A DNA stretch of 64,000 nt from a virus. The translations under genes and the position numbers were made by a program. The notes under the pieces are model-generated. The model had not been told where the DNA came from. It did not search any database and saw only the letters and a list, made by a program, of their open reading frames with translations. This document shows positions 39,001-47,973 of this stretch, one piece after another. Position 1 is the stretch's first letter. Every line of letters starts with the position of its first letter. Where the stretch lies: IMG/VR virus record IMGVR_UViG_3300036770_005084, positions 91,232 through 155,231 of that record; one strand, written 5' to 3'.

Positions 39001-40464
39001 TTCTGCGATACTGGTGGTGTATGTGATCTAAACAACTCAAACTCATCTTTTGGTAATTTTGGTCTTGTAGCAAATGGTGCCACACCACTTCAATATACAG
39101 GAACAGTTGTAAAAATTCCAGATGGAGACAATGTTGACAGATTAGAAATTAATGTTGGTATTGGAGCATCTCAAGAATTTATCGATTCAGTTGAATTATT
39201 GAAAGCAAATAAAGATTTTATTGCTTCTGAAGTTGTAGGATTTATAACAAGCACTGATGGTCCATTTGGAGCAAATGGTCAATATTTTGATTATGGTGGT
39301 GCACCCAAGGGAAGAGATTTATGTAGAAGAGATAGCAAACTTATCATAGATTCAATAACTGCAGACATTTTAACATTGTCAAATCAAAATTCAATTTATG
39401 CTGGTTTAGCATATAGAGATTCTGAGACTGGAGAATTAACATACTTAGATGAAAGGTCTGTTCCTGTTGGATTTAACACTGGGTATGTTGTAGATGCAGA
39501 AATTGCTGCATTAGAATTCATTGCAGGTATTTCAACTTATATTGTTAGAAATATATCTGTCCCTAAGAGTTATCAGACTGGAGTTGGATCATTCCCCCAA
39601 GTAAAAATAACTGGATTAAGTACATCTTCATTAATTGACAATTTTATAGAAAATAGAATTGGCATTATTACTAGTATTATTGGCATTGGTACTCAAGCAG
39701 TTCCAGAAACAATATTACCAAAAGGACAAAGACCGTATGATGGACAAATTGCTGTTATTGATAGTCAGTATTATTTCATAAGTAGAATTGAGATTACGAA
39801 TCCAGGATCTGGTTATGATCCAACAGTTCCAGTAGAAGTTTTTATTGATTTCCCAGATAATTCTGAATTTTTTGTTCCTGCAGAAGCAGCAATTTTTGAA
39901 ACTAATATCAATTTAGATGGTACTATTAATTCTGTGGAAGTTCTTGTATCTGGAACTGGTTATTCAGAAACTCCTCCAAATGTAATAATTTCACCTCCAG
40001 CAGGTATTGGTGTGACGGCAACAGCAGTGGCAGTTATGGAAAAATATTTCTTCAATCCAGTTTCTGCAACTCCTGTTTCTGTAGGTGGAACAACCACTGT
40101 CGTATTTGATGAATTTATTACATATGCTTCTCCAGATAGACCAGATCTACTCGGTGTTGGTTCTACAGTATTTTTCTTCCAAGCAAGTAAAATCATTGCA
40201 AGTAGCATTACATTTGAATACGTTGGTACGGGCATAAATATTGTTAATGCTGTACCATCTAAAGGTGCTGTTCCTATTACAGAAAATGAAATTGTTGCTA
40301 CAAATGGAGGAAAAGTTCCATTCACAAGTACCGATCAAGGAGGTAACTTCAAGATTAGTGAAGGTATTACAATTAATCAAAATACCGGAACTATTTCAGG
40401 TCAGGCATTCAGTAAGAGTTTGCAAGCAGAAGTAACACCACTAATCATTGCACTACAATCATAA
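36028..40464 (+). CDS. large virion structural/fibre protein (15-aa repeat shaft, two helical CxRD domains, beta-helix)
   Basis: VGVGT-type repeats, tandem repeats, WFVNK.GDD.N.G....AFLTIKRA. Confidence 0.75.
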   Translation: MASQDTFFKVKTGLGVGTNTLYADAQTQRVSIGDTVGLYTLDVYGDSYYNDNLYVDNRVGVGTTVPHQQLDVRGVGIFSGVGVGVTEPKQRFQVNGQDPFNPGDRPVVITGFGSLGINRLNPVHPFDFVGYGNSDSVVITGLASVGIRTYSPLHPVHIVGISTDDTTDVVIDLSGYVGINTLFPQFGLDVFNRDVRILGFATITRESVGISTIGVAYIGIASIGFENVGVSTIGIASIGFENVGVSTIGIATIGFENVGVSTIGIATISFENVGVSTIGIATIGFENVGVSTIGIATIGFENVGFSTIGIASIRFETVGVSTIGIATIRFENVGVSTIGIASIRFENVGVSTIGIASIRFEEVGVSTIGIATIGFENVGVSTIGIATIGFENVGVSTIGIATIGFENVGVSTIGIATIGFENVGVSTIGIATIGFENVGVSTIGIATIGFENVGFSTIGIATIGFENVGVSTIGIATISFENVGVSTIGIATIGSETVIDSEIERLLVTGITTTAKLDVGIGATLIRARGFGITTVRDLDGEFVKEINPIVGIATTEPTRTLDIAGDLRVRGEVIDSNNNVGFAYSVLASGGSPGISGRFFDAANLLLRNKEFISEEIVGLITSANGPFGVYGPNFDYGPVGVQTGREKCKRDIGFIIDAVAFDITKGGNSKSVGAGVSYSLGNYLESSVPPPTGLDGYLGGYVKFATIVGINSIAHLARHIVNNSPIPNSYQNNVTQLIDPEILADGDSNTDPNGCANVVSAIYSAVGIVTTIINNGSINGTGITTNFPSGKLEWQPPGPRIGNEWFVNKLGDDRNNGTGPGDAFLTIKRAAEVAEPGDTIKVFAGLYVEDGPISLNERVAVIGEDLRRTLVTTKDLTDLFYVKRGCYIAQMSFVGPSSPGRAMVSFPTVGYGYADGTDENWQSPYVQNCTNFVPDSIGMRIDGNRAGGFKSMVLDAYTQYNQGGIGVSITNFGYAQLVSLFTICCDTAVFCDTGGVCDLNNSNSSFGNFGLVANGATPLQYTGTVVKIPDGDNVDRLEINVGIGASQEFIDSVELLKANKDFIASEVVGFITSTDGPFGANGQYFDYGGAPKGRDLCRRDSKLIIDSITADILTLSNQNSIYAGLAYRDSETGELTYLDERSVPVGFNTGYVVDAEIAALEFIAGISTYIVRNISVPKSYQTGVGSFPQVKITGLSTSSLIDNFIENRIGIITSIIGIGTQAVPETILPKGQRPYDGQIAVIDSQYYFISRIEITNPGSGYDPTVPVEVFIDFPDNSEFFVPAEAAIFETNINLDGTINSVEVLVSGTGYSETPPNVIISPPAGIGVTATAVAVMEKYFFNPVSATPVSVGGTTTVVFDEFITYASPDRPDLLGVGSTVFFFQASKIIASSITFEYVGTGINIVNAVPSKGAVPITENEIVATNGGKVPFTSTDQGGNFKISEGITINQNTGTISGQAFSKSLQAEVTPLIIALQS
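36700..37509 (+). repeat. 18 x 45-nt coding tandem repeat (FENVGVSTIGIATIG)
   Basis: 810 nt = 18 units, counted from the sequence. Confidence 0.95.
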
Positions 40465-40470
40465 TCTATT

Positions 40471-40863
40471 ATGGCACAACAACCGTTAAATACGTATAAA
40501 ACAGTTTCTGGAGTAGTAACTACTATATTAGATGGTAGTGGATCAGAAATTTATAGAACAAAAACTGGATACACAAGTATTGTGCTCTATGGTCAAGTTG
40601 CTAATACTGGTTCTGGTATTGGAACAGTATCATTTTACCATCAAAGAGAAACTAGAACTCAATCTGGGGTATCTACTGAATTGAATGAACTAATCTATCA
40701 AATACAAGTTCCTCCAAATGATGCTATAGTTTTATTAGATGGTAGATTAGTTCTTGAAAGAACTGCACTGAAGAGTGATTCTATTAGGTTAGTAGGAATA
40801 TCAACTCAGACACCAAATCATTTAAAATATACTATTAGTATACTAGAGACATTAAATCAGTAA
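40471..40863 (+). CDS. small virion-associated protein
   Basis: 130 aa; IY...GY.SIVL..QVAN...IPPND-like, SILET. Confidence 0.65.
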   Translation: MAQQPLNTYKTVSGVVTTILDGSGSEIYRTKTGYTSIVLYGQVANTGSGIGTVSFYHQRETRTQSGVSTELNELIYQIQVPPNDAIVLLDGRLVLERTALKSDSIRLVGISTQTPNHLKYTISILETLNQ

Positions 40864-40876
40864 TAAATAAATCTAT

Positions 40877-40899
40877 AACAGGGGGATAGTGGAACCCAA
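40877..40899 (+). repeat. 23-nt leader element, copy 2
   Basis: identical to 36006-36028; follows an ATAAATA late promoter. Confidence 0.85.
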
Positions 40900-40901
40900 C
40901 C

Positions 40902-43900
40902 ATGGCAAGATACTTAAGTAGAAGAGTAGCAAGAACACCTCAGTCAAGATTAACTCCAGATAGGTATCAATTCCTAGGATTAAATCAAGCTGAACCAAAC
41001 TTAGGTGATCCCCCAGGAGATCAATTGCCTATTGGTGCTCAATACATGTTAGTTTCTCTTCTGGAGCATCCAGGAGAGAGATATTGGGTTTCTGTTCCCC
41101 CAGGATTAATTGAATTAGGTATTACTGTTCGTGATGAAGGTAATATAGTTGGTGGAAATGCTGGTATAGGATCAATAACACAGTTAAACTTTGTTGGTGC
41201 TGGAGTAACTGTAGTTGGAATAGTAACTAATGGAATTGGTATTGCAACAGTAATCATTGATAATACTGCTTTAGTAATTAATCAACCAACTGATATTTCC
41301 AAGAGATATATTGGATTTACTAGTGTTACATCTGGTATTGCATCTGTAATAGATATTAGCACTGATTTTGTTTATATTCCAAGTATAGGAAATATTGGAT
41401 TTAAAACAGATTCTCCAGAATATCCAATAGATCTTGCAGATGTAGTAAGAATTAAATCAGATTTAGTTGATAGTTATGGTAATTCTGGATCTTCATCTGG
41501 AGATACATATTTAAGATCTCTTGGACCAGGATTGGGGGTTACTTGGTCAACTGCTCTTGGTGCTCAAGGCATTCAAGGTGTTCAAGGATTACAGGGAATT
41601 CAAGGAATTCAAGGTGTTCAAGGAATTCAAGGAATTCAGGGAGAACAAGGTATCCAGGGAATTCAAGGAGAACAAGGTATCCAGGGAATTCAGGGAGTAG
41701 GAAATCAAGGTCTCCAAGGAATTCAAGGAGTACAAGGAATTCAAGGTAGTCAGGGTCTTCAAGGAATTCAAGGAATAGGAAATCAAGGTCTTCAAGGAAT
41801 TCAAGGAGTACAAGGAAATCAAGGAGTACAAGGAAATCAAGGTCTCCAAGGAATTCAAGGCAGACAAGGCATTCAAGGCATTCAAGGTTTACTTGGTATT
41901 CAAGGTGTCCAAGGTATTCAAGGTATTACTGGACTTGGTATTCAAGGTATTCAGGGAATACAAGGTATTCAAGGTATTCAAGGCATCCAGGGAATCCAAG
42001 GTATTCAAGGATCACAAGGTTTACAGGGAATTCAAGGACAACAGGGAATTCAAGGAATTACTGGCATAGGTCAGCAAGGTCTTCAGGGAATACAAGGTTC
42101 TCAGGGATTGCAAGGAATTCAAGGAGAACAGGGTATCCAAGGAATTCAAGGAATTCAAGGTAGACAAGGAACACAAGGTAGACAAGGAATTCAAGGAATT
42201 CAAGGAAATTTAGGACTACAAGGTACTCAAGGTATTCAAGGTATCCAAGGTATCCAGGGTATTGATGGATCTGGTGGTGCTCAAGGTCTTCAAGGATCTC
42301 AAGGTCTTCAAGGTCTTCAAGGAATTCAGGGAAGACAAGGTATTCAAGGTATTCAAGGGAATCAAGGATTGCAAGGATTGCAAGGAATTCAAGGAATTCA
42401 AGGATTGCAAGGTATTGATGGAACTGGAGGTGCTCAAGGTCTTCAAGGAATTCAAGGTCTTCAAGGAATTCAGGGAATTCAGGGAAGACAAGGTATTCAA
42501 GGTGTCCAAGGAAACCAAGGATTGCAAGGGATTCTAGGAGAACAGGGGATCCAGGGAATTCAAGGATTGCAGGGTGTTGGTGGAGAAGGTGGAACACAAG
42601 GTATTCAAGGTATTCAAGGTATTCAAGGTATTCAAGGTATTCAAGGATCTCAGGGCATTCAAGGATCTCAGGGAATTCAAGGATCTCAGGGTATTCAAGG
42701 AATTCAAGGAATTGTTGGGGAAACTGGACCAGCTGGTACATCAGTATCCATTGTTGGTTCAGTTCCATCAGTGACAACTTCAGAACCACATACAACATTA
42801 ACTTCTGATGATACTGTTTATTCCTGGTATCCACCTTCAATAGGAAATGGTGTCATTGCATCAGATACTGGAAATTTGTGGGTATATAATGGATCTGATT
42901 GGGATGATGTTGGATTAATTAGAGGTCCACAAGGTATCCAAGGTATTCAGGGAATTCAGGGAAGTCAAGGTACTCAAGGTGTTCAAGGTATTCAGGGAAG
43001 GCAAGGTATACAAGGAATTACTGGAGAAGGTGGAATTCAAGGTATACAAGGAATTCAAGGTACACAAGGATCTCAAGGTATTCAAGGAAGACAGGGTATT
43101 CAAGGAATATCAGGAACTTTAGGATCTCAAGGTGAACAAGGAATTCAAGGTACTCAAGGTATTCAAGGAAGACAAGGTATTCAAGGTATTGGTGGTTCTA
43201 CTGGTGGTCAAGGTATTCAAGGATCTCAGGGAATACAGGGTATTCAAGGTAGACAAGGTATTCAAGGAATAGTTGGTTCTACTGGAAATCAGGGTATTCA
43301 AGGCAGACAAGGTAGACAAGGTATTCAAGGCAGACAAGGTATTGGTGGTTCTACTGGGGGACAAGGACTGCAAGGTATTCAAGGAATACAGGGAGTTCAA
43401 GGTAGACAAGGTATTCAAGGTAATAATGGTGTAGGATCACAAGGTATTCAAGGAACACAGGGAATTCAAGGTAGACAAGGTAGACAAGGTGTTCAAGGAT
43501 CCATAGGTGCAGGTACTCAAGGTATTCAAGGTATCCAAGGGCAACAAGGTATCCAAGGAAATCCTGGAAATGATAGTGTTGTTCCAGGTCCTCAAGGTAT
43601 TCAAGGAAGACAAGGTATTCAAGGTATCCAAGGAAATCAAGGTAGACAGGGAATTCAAGGCATTCAAGGTAGACAGGGAATTCAAGGCATTCAAGGTAGA
43701 CAAGGTATTCAAGGCATTCAAGGTAGACAAGGTATCAGTGGTCCTCAAGGAATTCAAGGAAGACAAGGAATTAGTGGTACTGTAGGTGGTCAAGGTCCTC
43801 AAGGTACTCAAGGAATTCAAGGAAGACAAGGCATTCAAGGTTTACAAGGTAGACAAGGCATTCAAGGTATACAAGGAACAAAAGGTGATCCAGGAAGCAC

Positions 43901-45707
43901 TGCACTTTCTGTAGATTCGGCAGTAAGATTATCTCCAAAAGGATCAAATTATGAAAATATTACTCAACAGGGAGCATATATTTACTGGAATAGAAATGTT
44001 GGAGATGGTGCAACATGGTTCATCAACCAACGTGGGTCTGGAGCAGGTGGATTCTATTTTGCACATTCAAGTACTACTAATGTTCTAGAAAATGATCATG
44101 TAAGAATTAGTAGAGATGGTGATATCTATTTTGATGGATTTGCCGACACAACTACAACTCAAAATCGTGGTTTATATTGGACTGCTTATGATAAAGAAAT
44201 CGTTGGGGATCGTACTGATGCAGCATATATTATCCATGGTGTAAACCAAGGAGGTTTGAGTGGATCAGTTCTTGATTTCAGTAGTGGAAATGATGTGCAA
44301 GATGGAATGTTATTTAGGATTCCTGCAGTAGATAATTTAAAAGTAAGAGTTGGCACATCAAACTTTACAGTATTGCATACTGGAAATTATACTTCATATC
44401 AAGATGGAACAGCATCTCAAATTTATGATGTAGTTGGTAGTAATGATTATATTAGAGTAAGAGGTAGCAGTTCTGCAACAGATGCAGGGTTCTTAGAACT
44501 CGCAACAGCAGATGGTGGAAATGAACCAATTTATGCCAGACAATATACTGGTGCATTTTCTACTATTACAAGAACATTAACTTTATTAAATGGTTCTGGA
44601 CAAACATTATTACCAGTTGGTCTTGGTGTTAATGTTGCATCTATTGGATCTGGGTTTACATTTGATGTAAGTGGAAATGCTAGAATTAGTGGAAATTTAA
44701 CGGTTACTGGATCAGTTAGTGGATCATTGAGCAGTCCAAACTTCTTTGCTGATACTTCAAATGCAGCAATAAGATCTACATCAACTAGTGGAACATCATT
44801 TATACAAGTTGGTACTGGAAATGCTGCCATAACAATTGGTTCATTTAGCAATTCTTCTATAAATTTAGAAAGAAATACAACTGTTAATAATAGTTATTAT
44901 TTTAGTTCTAGAAATTTTTATACAGATATTGGTGTTGCTAATGGAAATGCAGCAGTAAGATCAAATGGAACGATCTTTATGAATAATCTTACTAATAGTG
45001 TAAGTTATGCAACATTTAGTAATAGTGGAATTAACCTGAATAGAACTACAAATATTAATGGACAATTATATGTAACTAATAATAGTCGTGTATTTTTGTG
45101 GTCAACAGATGGTTCCATTGAAATTCAAAGACCTGGTGGACCTTATATAGACTTTAAGTGGGGTGGTGAGGATTACAATGCAAGATTACATAATTTCACA
45201 TCAACAAGAATTACCTCAGATCGAGATTTTGGTGCAACTAATTATTACATGTTTGGATCCATTAGTGCTGGTGGATCAAATGATGTCGTAAAAAGATCTG
45301 GAAGTGGACAATTAAGATTAACTAATGTATCATCAACAATACGTGATAAAAATGTAATTGGTAATATTGATACTAATATATTTGAAAAAATCTATGATCT
45401 AAATCCAGTAGAATTTACTTATAAGAGAGATCCTTATTTAGAAACAAAATATGGATTTATTGCAGAAGATGTTTATGAAATTCTTCCAGACCTAGTAGAA
45501 CTAGATTATTACAGGGATCAATACACCATGGATCCTGATGATCCAGCAGCAAATTCTAAAATCTTGAAGGAAGGTGCTGTGAAATCCCCAACAAATATCA
45601 ATACAAATACTTTATTAACTACAACAATTGGAGCACTTCAAAACTTAAGAAATAAAGTTTTAGAATTGGAAACTGAAATTCAAACATTAAAGCAAACAAA
45701 TTCTTAA
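40902..45707 (+). CDS. collagen-like tail fibre with a C-terminal S74 chaperone
   Basis: long G-X-Q repeats; STIRDK...LNPVEFTYK...YGFIAEDV...LP.LV. Confidence 0.8.
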   Translation: MARYLSRRVARTPQSRLTPDRYQFLGLNQAEPNLGDPPGDQLPIGAQYMLVSLLEHPGERYWVSVPPGLIELGITVRDEGNIVGGNAGIGSITQLNFVGAGVTVVGIVTNGIGIATVIIDNTALVINQPTDISKRYIGFTSVTSGIASVIDISTDFVYIPSIGNIGFKTDSPEYPIDLADVVRIKSDLVDSYGNSGSSSGDTYLRSLGPGLGVTWSTALGAQGIQGVQGLQGIQGIQGVQGIQGIQGEQGIQGIQGEQGIQGIQGVGNQGLQGIQGVQGIQGSQGLQGIQGIGNQGLQGIQGVQGNQGVQGNQGLQGIQGRQGIQGIQGLLGIQGVQGIQGITGLGIQGIQGIQGIQGIQGIQGIQGIQGSQGLQGIQGQQGIQGITGIGQQGLQGIQGSQGLQGIQGEQGIQGIQGIQGRQGTQGRQGIQGIQGNLGLQGTQGIQGIQGIQGIDGSGGAQGLQGSQGLQGLQGIQGRQGIQGIQGNQGLQGLQGIQGIQGLQGIDGTGGAQGLQGIQGLQGIQGIQGRQGIQGVQGNQGLQGILGEQGIQGIQGLQGVGGEGGTQGIQGIQGIQGIQGIQGSQGIQGSQGIQGSQGIQGIQGIVGETGPAGTSVSIVGSVPSVTTSEPHTTLTSDDTVYSWYPPSIGNGVIASDTGNLWVYNGSDWDDVGLIRGPQGIQGIQGIQGSQGTQGVQGIQGRQGIQGITGEGGIQGIQGIQGTQGSQGIQGRQGIQGISGTLGSQGEQGIQGTQGIQGRQGIQGIGGSTGGQGIQGSQGIQGIQGRQGIQGIVGSTGNQGIQGRQGRQGIQGRQGIGGSTGGQGLQGIQGIQGVQGRQGIQGNNGVGSQGIQGTQGIQGRQGRQGVQGSIGAGTQGIQGIQGQQGIQGNPGNDSVVPGPQGIQGRQGIQGIQGNQGRQGIQGIQGRQGIQGIQGRQGIQGIQGRQGISGPQGIQGRQGISGTVGGQGPQGTQGIQGRQGIQGLQGRQGIQGIQGTKGDPGSTALSVDSAVRLSPKGSNYENITQQGAYIYWNRNVGDGATWFINQRGSGAGGFYFAHSSTTNVLENDHVRISRDGDIYFDGFADTTTTQNRGLYWTAYDKEIVGDRTDAAYIIHGVNQGGLSGSVLDFSSGNDVQDGMLFRIPAVDNLKVRVGTSNFTVLHTGNYTSYQDGTASQIYDVVGSNDYIRVRGSSSATDAGFLELATADGGNEPIYARQYTGAFSTITRTLTLLNGSGQTLLPVGLGVNVASIGSGFTFDVSGNARISGNLTVTGSVSGSLSSPNFFADTSNAAIRSTSTSGTSFIQVGTGNAAITIGSFSNSSINLERNTTVNNSYYFSSRNFYTDIGVANGNAAVRSNGTIFMNNLTNSVSYATFSNSGINLNRTTNINGQLYVTNNSRVFLWSTDGSIEIQRPGGPYIDFKWGGEDYNARLHNFTSTRITSDRDFGATNYYMFGSISAGGSNDVVKRSGSGQLRLTNVSSTIRDKNVIGNIDTNIFEKIYDLNPVEFTYKRDPYLETKYGFIAEDVYEILPDLVELDYYRDQYTMDPDDPAANSKILKEGAVKSPTNINTNTLLTTTIGALQNLRNKVLELETEIQTLKQTNS
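41559..43895 (+). repeat. collagen-like G-X-Q coding repeat (9-nt units), interrupted by a globular insert at about 42740-42920
   Basis: GIQ/GLQ/GRQ/GSQ triplets. Confidence 0.9.
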
Positions 45708-45739
45708 TCATAAATATTTAAAAATATCCAGAATAGACA

Positions 45740-46075
45740 ATGGCAGTTTCCTCCGTTAATTTAATTATAGATAAAGGAACTGACTTTGAAGCAACATTCA
45801 ATGTATTTGAACCGTCTTCGGAAGTTGCAACATTTAGTAATTTTGTGGGAACATGCAAAATTAGAAAGTATCCATCATCTCCAACTTCAATAAGTTGTCA
45901 AGTAATTATTACTGCCGCAACTGGAGAAATTAAGATAAGAATGACTAAACAAAATACATTGTTACTTTCAAATGGAAGAAATTACTATGATGTAATATTG
46001 ACTAGTACAATAGATTCATCCACATTTAAGGTCGTTGAGGGAACAATTATAGTCAATGATACCGTTTCAAAATGA
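45740..46075 (+). CDS. small virion/baseplate-associated beta-sandwich protein
   Basis: NL.IDKGTDF...F, GR.YYDV, KVVEG.I.V. Confidence 0.6.
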   Translation: MAVSSVNLIIDKGTDFEATFNVFEPSSEVATFSNFVGTCKIRKYPSSPTSISCQVIITAATGEIKIRMTKQNTLLLSNGRNYYDVILTSTIDSSTFKVVEGTIIVNDTVSK

Positions 46076-46401
46076 ATAATTACAAAGTAATTTTATCTTC
46101 AAATAAAAATTATATTTCAAAATTAAAAACAGAATCAGACTATAAAGTACTTGCAACATCAGGAGGAATACAAGTGCCAGCAAGATTTGAAGATCTAGTA
46201 AATTTTAATTATGATGATAAAAATGACAAGTATGTTATCATGTATGATTCTGCAACACAAGAATATAAATTAGTAAATCCAGATGAAATTCTTTCTGCAT
46301 CCATCACTGATCCTATATCACCAGGATTGCCAAATGAAGTTATAAATGAATTAGAATCAGATCTAGACAATAAAATTGATCTTGATGCTGGTGGGTGGTA
46401 A
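46072..46401 (+). CDS. hypothetical fibre-associated protein
   Basis: 109 aa ending IDLDAGGW. Confidence 0.6.
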   Translation: MNNYKVILSSNKNYISKLKTESDYKVLATSGGIQVPARFEDLVNFNYDDKNDKYVIMYDSATQEYKLVNPDEILSASITDPISPGLPNEVINELESDLDNKIDLDAGGW

Positions 46402-46448
46402 TGATACCCAAACGATAAATACATATATAAAAGTATAAACTTAAGGAT

Positions 46449-47678
46449 ATGGCAACTCCGGTACTGCAGATTAAAAGAGGTGCTTTTTCAAATTTACCTG
46501 GATTAAGGTCTGGTGAACCAGGTTTTACTACAGATAAATATGATCTTTTTGTTGGTATAGATTCAACTACAAATAATAATAAATTTTTTGGATCTCATAG
46601 ATATTGGGAAAGAGAAAATGGAACTAATTCCCTATATTTTAAATTAGTTGATAGAGACGGAACAAATTACGTTGCAATTAAAGCACCAAATATTCTTGGT
46701 GGAAATGTAACCTATACTTTTCCAGGAACTCAAGGTGCATCATCCTCTGTTCTTACAAATGATGGTAGTGGAAATTTAACTTGGGCAAGTGGATCTGCTA
46801 ACCCAGTTTTTACGGGTATTGCCACATTTTCAGATACAACTGATAATATTTTAGGAAATGCTGATAGTGGTGCGGTTCAAATTGATGGTGGTCTTGGAGT
46901 AAATAAGAATGTAACAGTTGGTGCTGGATTAAGTGTAGTTAATAATTTTTATGTCGGAGGAATCTCAACTTTTGTAGGATCAGTTACCTTTAAAGGAGGT
47001 ACTATTAATATTGGTGATGAAAATACCGATGATATTAATATTGCTGGTGAATTTGTTTCAAATCTTGTTCCAAATGCAGATAATACTTATAATATTGGTA
47101 TTGGAACAAATAAAAGATGGAAAAATGCTAATTTTTCTGGAGTAGGAACTTTTGCAACTGGTGCAGTTGTTGATGCGATTCAGATTGGAATTACTGCTGC
47201 TGGAGAAATTGATACATCTTCGGGCAATTTAACAATTGATTCTGCTGGTGGAACAGTTACAATTGACGACAATCTTACTGTTACAGGTAATTTATACGTT
47301 AATGGATCTACAACTCAAGTTAACACTTCAACACTAACTGTTGAAGATAGAACTATTGAACTTGGTGTTGTAGATGGTAATGCTCCTTCAGCAACAACCA
47401 CTTGGGATTTAGGAGTTCTTTTTAACTATTATCAAACTTCTGCGAAGAAATCTGCAGTTGTCTGGGAGCAGGGAGATGCAAGATTTAAATTTGCATCTGA
47501 AGTTTCGGATGGTGGAGGAACAGATAATAATAGTCCACAAATTACTTTTACTTCCTTTGCTCCTATTGAGATTAGTGCTTTGTGGGTAACTGATTGTGCA
47601 GGAACTTCTCAAGTTATTTCTTGCACTGGAAATGAAAGATTCCTTCAAAATATTACTGTGGATGCTGGGACTTTCTGA
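46449..47678 (+). CDS. tail fibre-like protein with an Mtd_N-like N-terminus
   Basis: LQIKRG....LP.L..GEPGFTTD; LTVTGNLYVNGSTTQVN..TLTVED; ends VDAGTF. Confidence 0.65.
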   Translation: MATPVLQIKRGAFSNLPGLRSGEPGFTTDKYDLFVGIDSTTNNNKFFGSHRYWERENGTNSLYFKLVDRDGTNYVAIKAPNILGGNVTYTFPGTQGASSSVLTNDGSGNLTWASGSANPVFTGIATFSDTTDNILGNADSGAVQIDGGLGVNKNVTVGAGLSVVNNFYVGGISTFVGSVTFKGGTINIGDENTDDINIAGEFVSNLVPNADNTYNIGIGTNKRWKNANFSGVGTFATGAVVDAIQIGITAAGEIDTSSGNLTIDSAGGTVTIDDNLTVTGNLYVNGSTTQVNTSTLTVEDRTIELGVVDGNAPSATTTWDLGVLFNYYQTSAKKSAVVWEQGDARFKFASEVSDGGGTDNNSPQITFTSFAPIEISALWVTDCAGTSQVISCTGNERFLQNITVDAGTF

Positions 47679-47696
47679 TAATATTTAAATATTTCT

Positions 47697-47727
47697 AAAT
47701 ACGCATAGGAAACTATGCGTATTTTTT
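47697..47727 (+). terminator. intrinsic terminator overlapping a late promoter element
   Basis: 12-bp stem AAATACGCATAG-GAAA-CTATGCGTATTT plus T-run; CTAAATA at 47695-47701. Confidence 0.7.
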
Positions 47728-47916
47728 ATGTCTGAAGAAGATTTGAAATTAGTTCTTTCAAAATATCAACAAAAAACTTTTGAGTTATTAAATCAAAATA
47801 TTGTATTAGAAACTCAGGTTGAAAAATTAAATTCTGATATAAAATTACTGAACTTTGAAATCGATAAACTAAAGAAATCAAAAAAGATAATGAAAACTGA
47901 AGAAGATTTTGGATAA
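47728..47916 (+). CDS. small coiled-coil protein
   Basis: 62 aa with a heptad pattern. Confidence 0.65.
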   Translation: MSEEDLKLVLSKYQQKTFELLNQNIVLETQVEKLNSDIKLLNFEIDKLKKSKKIMKTEEDFG

Positions 47917-47973
47917 ATAAGTAAAATGCTCAATATATATTGAGTTTTGCGGTATATACCATCATATAGATAA

